Shown here piece by piece: positions 59,679 to 64,000 of a stretch of DNA of 64,000 nucleotides. The notes under the pieces are model-generated. The model was not told the origin of the DNA. It saw only the letters and a list, made by a program, of their open reading frames with translations, and made no database searches. The number at the start of each line of letters is the position of its first letter. The stretch's first letter is position 1. The stretch is from an uncultured Chloroflexia bacterium (GTDB taxonomy: Bacteria; Chloroflexota; Limnocylindria; Limnocylindrales; CSP1-4): NCBI GenBank assembly GCA_963707395.1, contig CAVPPQ010000020.1, positions 70,021-134,020 on the forward strand, written 5' to 3'. Both the position numbers and the translations under genes were made by a program.

Positions 59679-60510
59679 GGCACCCAAGACGATCGCGCCG
59701 CCGACGGCTGAGGCTGCGGCACCCTCGCTGGATCGGTCGACCGTGCCGCTGGTCGAGATGCGCGACATCCGTGTCTCCTTCGGCGGCGTCCATGCCGTGG
59801 ACCATGTCACGGTGGACCTCTTTGCGGGCGAGGTGGTAGGACTGGTGGGCGGCAACGGCGCCGGCAAGTCCACGCTCATGAAGGCGCTCTCGGGAGCGCA
59901 TCCCCAGGACGGCGGCGAGATCTACGTCAATGGGGAACTGGCCCACATCGGCAACCCCCGGGAGGCCAAGACCTACGGCATCGAGACCATCTACCAGACC
60001 CTGGCCCTGGCCGACAACGTGGATGCGGCCGCCAACATCTTCCTGGGCCGGGAGCTCGTCACGCGCTTCGGCTCCCTGAACGACGCCGCCATGGAGTCGG
60101 CGACTCGCGAGGTGATGGGCCGGCTCAATCCACGCTTCAAGAACCTCAAGTCCCCGGTGAAGTCCCTGTCGGGCGGCCAGCGCCAGTCGGTGGCCATCGC
60201 CCGCGCCGTCCACTTCAACGCCAAGATCCTCATCATGGACGAGCCGACCGCAGCCCTGGGCCCAGCGGAGACGGCGCAGGTCCGCGACCTCGTCGTCCAG
60301 TTGAAGAGCGAGGGCATCGGCATCTTCCTCATCAGCCACGACATCCACGACGTCTTCGACCTGTCGGACCGCATCAGCGTCATGCTCCAGGGCAAGCTCG
60401 TGGGAACCGTCAACAAGGACGACGTCACCAAGGACGACGTGCTGGGCATGATCATCCTGGGCAAGACGCCGGAGAGCCTGGCCGAACGGGAGCGCGCCGC
60501 GCTGCATTGA
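59671..60510 (+). CDS. ABC transporter ATP-binding protein with a single NBD (279 aa)
   Basis: It has a Walker A site (GGNGAGKST), an LSGGQRQ signature and a Walker B site (ILIMDEPT). It overlaps the permease stop. Confidence 0.85.
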   Translation: MAEAPKTIAPPTAEAAAPSLDRSTVPLVEMRDIRVSFGGVHAVDHVTVDLFAGEVVGLVGGNGAGKSTLMKALSGAHPQDGGEIYVNGELAHIGNPREAKTYGIETIYQTLALADNVDAAANIFLGRELVTRFGSLNDAAMESATREVMGRLNPRFKNLKSPVKSLSGGQRQSVAIARAVHFNAKILIMDEPTAALGPAETAQVRDLVVQLKSEGIGIFLISHDIHDVFDLSDRISVMLQGKLVGTVNKDDVTKDDVLGMIILGKTPESLAERERAALH

Positions 60511-60890
60511 GCCGGGCCAACCGGGTGGAACACCTGGCTCCGACTTGGCGTTGGCACTGTGGCGGTGGTGCGTCGGGGCTTCGGGACAGATGTCCGCCCC
60601 GGGGCCGTTACGGCCGGGATCGCCGGGGGCTTGAGGACAGACGTCCGCCCCGGGGCTCTCGAGGTCCGGCGTGTCGCCGCCGCGCCCGGTAGCCGGCCCG
60701 CTGGGCCGCGGTCAACGCGTCGCCCTGAGCGTGGCGCAGGAGCGCGAGTCCACCGAGGCGGCTGTCGCCGTGTCCTCGATCACGCCCGATGGTCCCCCTG
60801 CGGGCATTCGTCCTGAAGGCGACGCCTTGGCGCACGGAACGTAGCTCGGCCCGGGCGTGACGCGTTCGGTGCTCGACGCGTCCGGGGTCC

Positions 60891-61811
60891 TCAGCCCTCC
60901 CGGCGTGAGGCGATCCAGGCGCCCACCAGGACGAGGACCACGCCCGCCATGGCGATGGGCGCCACGGTCTCGCCCAGCACGACGATGCCGAGCGCGACCG
61001 CCACGAGGGGCAGGAAGTAGATGGCGATCGAGGCGCGCGTGGCACCCACGCGCCCGGCCAGCGTGGCCATGAGCACGATGGCGGCACCGGTGCCCAGGGC
61101 TCCCAGCGGGACCATGGCCAGGGCAGCCTCCCAGGACCACGTCGAGTCGCCGAGTCCCCAGATGCCCAGCGGCAGCACCAGCAGCAGGGCCACGAGCTGC
61201 GCGCGCAGCACCACCGGGGGTGAACCGTACTTCTGCTGGAGCGGCACGGCCAGGTTCGTGGCCAGGCCGTAGAAGGTGACGGCGAAGAGGGCCACGAGAG
61301 CGCCGATGGCGGTGTCTGCGCTGGCCTGCAGCTCCGGCAGGAAGACCAGCACGATGCCGGCGAAGCCGATGGCGATGCCCAGCATCTGGCGCCAGCCGGG
61401 CAGGCGGCGCAGCAGGTAGGCTGCCCAGGCGGCGGCGAAGATGGGCATCGCCCCGTTGATCATGCCGGCCACGCTGGAGGCGATCCACTGCTGGGCGATC
61501 GGGAAGAGCGTCAGCGGGATGGCCATCCAGACGGTGCCCAGCAGCGCGATCCGGCCCCAGTCATCGCGATCCACGGGCTGGCGTGCCTGCCGAAAGAGCG
61601 CCAGCGTGGCTGTGCCCAGGCCGATGCGCGCGAGGGTCACGACGCCCGGCGCGAACGAGCGCAGGCCGATCTCCATGAAGAGGAAGGACGAGCCCCAGAT
61701 GACGGCGATGACGGCCAGGATGCCCCAGTCTTCCAGCGTGTAGGCGTGCGCGCTGGTGCCATGGGCGGTGGCAGGCAGGCTGGAACGCGTCCGCGTCAAC
61801 GGGGAGACCAC
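60891..61811 (-). CDS. DMT-superfamily (EamA-like) transporter
   Basis: It has ten hydrophobic helices and a duplicated EamA pattern. The start is uncertain (GTG near 61811; the upstream ORF extension is implausible). Confidence 0.7.
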   Translation of the reverse strand: MVSPLTRTRSSLPATAHGTSAHAYTLEDWGILAVIAVIWGSSFLFMEIGLRSFAPGVVTLARIGLGTATLALFRQARQPVDRDDWGRIALLGTVWMAIPLTLFPIAQQWIASSVAGMINGAMPIFAAAWAAYLLRRLPGWRQMLGIAIGFAGIVLVFLPELQASADTAIGALVALFAVTFYGLATNLAVPLQQKYGSPPVVLRAQLVALLLVLPLGIWGLGDSTWSWEAALAMVPLGALGTGAAIVLMATLAGRVGATRASIAIYFLPLVAVALGIVVLGETVAPIAMAGVVLVLVGAWIASRREG

Positions 61812-61893
61812 AGCCGCATCGTAGCGGGTACGCTGACGGGGCGGGCATCGCCGCTCCCTGCACCATCGACAGCTGCCCGCGCCGGGAGACGCC

Positions 61894-62686
61894 ATGGACA
61901 CCCTGACGTACTACGCCATCACCCACGCCGACCACGTCGTCCTCAACCCGACGTCCGTGTCCCGGCTCAACGAGATCATCGGACTCCTCGATCTGCCGCC
62001 CGAGCCGCGCGTGCTCGACATCGGCTGCGGGACCGGGGAGCTGCTCGTGCGGCTCGCCGAGGCGCATGGTGGCGCCGGTCACGAGGTCAAGGGCGCCGGG
62101 TTCGGCGGCGTCGGCGTGGATGTCTCGCCGCGCTTCATGGCCCGCTGCCGCGAGTCGGTGGCGCGCCGCGTGCCGGGAGCCTCGATCGACCTGCTCGAGA
62201 TGGACGGCGCGGACTACGTGCCGGAGGCCGAGGCGTTCGACCTGGCCTGCTGCCTGGGCGCAAGCTGGGTCTTCGGCGGCCACCGCGGGACGCTCCAGGC
62301 CCTGGCGCGAGCGGCGCGTCCTGGCGGTCTGATCCTGGTCGGCGAACCCTTCTGGCGGTGCGAGCCAGCCGCCGAGTACCTGGCCTGGTCGGGCATGAGG
62401 GCCAGCGACTTCGCGAGCCACGCGGGGAACGTCGCCATCGGCGAGTCGGAGGGGCTGGTGCCGCTATTGGCGTGGGTCAGCAGCGCCGAGGACTGGGATC
62501 GCTACGAGACCCTGCAGTGGCGCGCTGCGGCGCGGTATGCGACGGCCAACCCGCGATGATCCGGACGTGCCGGAGCTGCTCGAGCGGATGTCCCGGACAC
62601 GCCACGAGTACCTCACGTGGGGACGAGAGACGCTGGGCTGGGCACTGTACCTCTTCGCGCGGCCGGCCGAGGCCCTCGGAGCCTGA
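61894..62686 (+). pseudogene. Class I SAM-dependent methyltransferase with an apparent 1-nt frameshift at about 62553 (C-terminal 44 aa continue in another frame)
   Basis: It has SAM motif I (VLDIGCGTGEL). After RYATANP the frame hits a stop. The next frame reads DDPDVPELLERMSRTRHEYLTWGRETLGWALYLF, a typical C-terminus for this family. Confidence 0.65.
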
Positions 62687-62690
62687 CGGC

Positions 62691-64000
62691 TCAGGCGGCG
62701 GGAGTGACCGTGGCCACACCCGGACCTGTCGCTTCGACCGCGGGCGGGTGCTCGGTGGCCTGCAGCCGCCAGAGGTGGGCGTAGAGGCCGTCGAGGGCCA
62801 GGAGCTCCTCGTGCGTCCCCAGCTCGAGGAGCCAGCCGTCATCGAGCACGGCGATGCGGTCGGCGCGGCGGATGGTCGAGAGACGGTGTGCCACGACGAT
62901 GGTCGTGCGGCCCTCCATGAGTCGCGCCAGGGCCTCCTGGACGAGCCGCTCCGACTCGTTGTCCAGTGAGCTCGTGGCCTCGTCCAGGATGAGGATGGGC
63001 GCGTCCTTGAGGATGGCCCGGGCGATGGCCACCCGCTGGCGCTGCCCACCAGAGAGGCGCGTGCCGCGGTCACCCAGGACGGTGTCGTAGCCATCGGGCA
63101 GGGCCTCGATGAAGTCGTGGGCATTGGCGGCGCGGGCGGCCGCCACCATCTCCGCGTGCGTGGCCTCCAGGCGCCCGTAGCGGATGTTCTCGGCCACGCT
63201 CCCGCCGAAGACGGTGGCCTCCTGGGGCACGAGCGAGACCGAGCCACGCAGGCTGCGCAGGCCGACCTCGCGCACGTCGCGACCGTCGACCAGGAGCCGC
63301 CCCTCGGTCACGTCCCAGAGCCGCGGGATGAGGTTGCAGAAGCTCGTCTTGCCGGCGCCGGAGGGACCGACCACGGCCAGCACCTCGCCGGGGGCGATGT
63401 CGAGGTCGATGTCCCGCAGGACGAGCCGCTCCGCACCGTAGCCGAAGCTGACACGCTCGAAGGTGAGGCGGCCGGCGACGGGATGCAGGTCGGGTGCACC
63501 GGGCACCTCGTGGATGGTCGGCCGCTCATCGATGATCTCGAAGACGCGCGCCACGGCCCCGGCGCCCTCCTGGAACTGGCCGTAGATGCCAGCGATGGAG
63601 CTCAGGCTGGTGCCGATGGCGATGCCGTAGAGCAGGAAGGCCGTCAGCGAGCCGAGGGTCAGGCTGCCCTCGATGACCATCCGACCCGTGTACCAGAGGA
63701 TGACGATGAGCGTCCCGAAGCCGAGCACCGTCATCATCGCCGCGAAGAGCCCGCGCGCGGTGACGAGCCGCGTGGCCGTGCCCACCACGCCGCGCAGCTC
63801 CTCGTCGTAGCGATGCCGCTCCCAGCCCTCGCGGCCGAACGACTTGACGACGCGGATGCCGCTGAGCGCCTCCTCAGCCGTGGTCGTGCTGACGGCGATG
63901 GCGTCCTGGACCTTCGTGCTCAGGCGACGCAGCGGCCGCGCGAAGACCATGGCCACGATGACCAGGGCCGGCGCCAGGGCCAGGATGACGAGCAGCAGCG
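62691..64000 (-). CDS. ABC exporter with fused permease and ATPase (MsbA/Mdl-like); N-terminal part lies outside the window
   Basis: The C-terminal NBD has [17 protein letters not shown] and ILILDEATS motifs, preceded by TM helices. The ORF continues past the window end. Confidence 0.85.
   Translation of the reverse strand, partial: LLLVILALAPALVIVAMVFARPLRRLSTKVQDAIAVSTTTAEEALSGIRVVKSFGREGWERHRYDEELRGVVGTATRLVTARGLFAAMMTVLGFGTLIVILWYTGRMVIEGSLTLGSLTAFLLYGIAIGTSLSSIAGIYGQFQEGAGAVARVFEIIDERPTIHEVPGAPDLHPVAGRLTFERVSFGYGAERLVLRDIDLDIAPGEVLAVVGPSGAGKTSFCNLIPRLWDVTEGRLLVDGRDVREVGLRSLRGSVSLVPQEATVFGGSVAENIRYGRLEATHAEMVAAARAANAHDFIEALPDGYDTVLGDRGTRLSGGQRQRVAIARAILKDAPILILDEATSSLDNESERLVQEALARLMEGRTTIVVAHRLSTIRRADRIAVLDDGWLLELGTHEELLALDGLYAHLWRLQATEHPPAVEATGPGVATVTPAA

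Overview
This is a 64 kb, very high-GC (about 70%) bacterial chromosomal segment. GTG starts and ATGA/GTGA stop-start overlaps are frequent, and the codon bias creates many long spurious antisense ORFs. That style fits Actinobacteria or Chloroflexi/Thermomicrobia, but I cannot place the taxon from sequence alone. Coding density is high. I found no transposase, integrase, CRISPR array or rRNA.

The main feature is a carbohydrate-catabolic supercluster with an unusual density of thiamine-diphosphate (TPP) enzymes:
- an acetoin/pyruvate-dehydrogenase-type E1 alpha/beta pair with a stand-alone lipoyl carrier and two SDRs, but no E2 catalytic domain or E3;
- three separate split transketolase pairs (N- and C-terminal subunit genes) plus one 794-aa fused transketolase-like protein;
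- an Asp/Glu/hydantoin racemase-family protein, an FGGY sugar kinase, a DUF3830 cyclophilin-like protein and a 645-aa uncharacterised protein;
- SorC-family and two tandem GntR/FadR-family regulators;
- three sugar ABC transporter systems (two full CUT2/Rbs-type, one Xyl-like with a half-size ATPase).
I read this as a candidate undescribed transketolase-based sugar or polyol degradation island.

Other content:
- a tRNA with a UAU anticodon;
- a class V aminotransferase;
- a frameshifted LigB-type ATP-dependent DNA ligase;
- GNAT and PdxH genes;
- a pyruvate:ferredoxin oxidoreductase (NifJ-type) operon with a DHOD-like partner;
- a thiolase next to a truncated 3-hydroxyacyl-CoA dehydrogenase remnant;
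- a GH36 alpha-galactosidase;
- a HisKA_3-type kinase that looks degenerate;
- a PAP2/vanadium-haloperoxidase-like gene divergent from a CRTAC1 (FG-GAP/ASPIC) gene;
- DMT and ABC exporters.

Non-coding signals:
- three copies of a 14-bp perfect palindrome inside ~60-bp direct repeats;
- a 15-bp tandem array;
- a recurrent GGTyGACCrGTC operator-like motif in three promoter regions of the transketolase island;
- in-frame tandem duplications inside three genes;
- four genes with apparent frameshifts.

All calls come from reading the translated ORFs and the DNA by eye. No database search or computation was run, and start codons are approximate.
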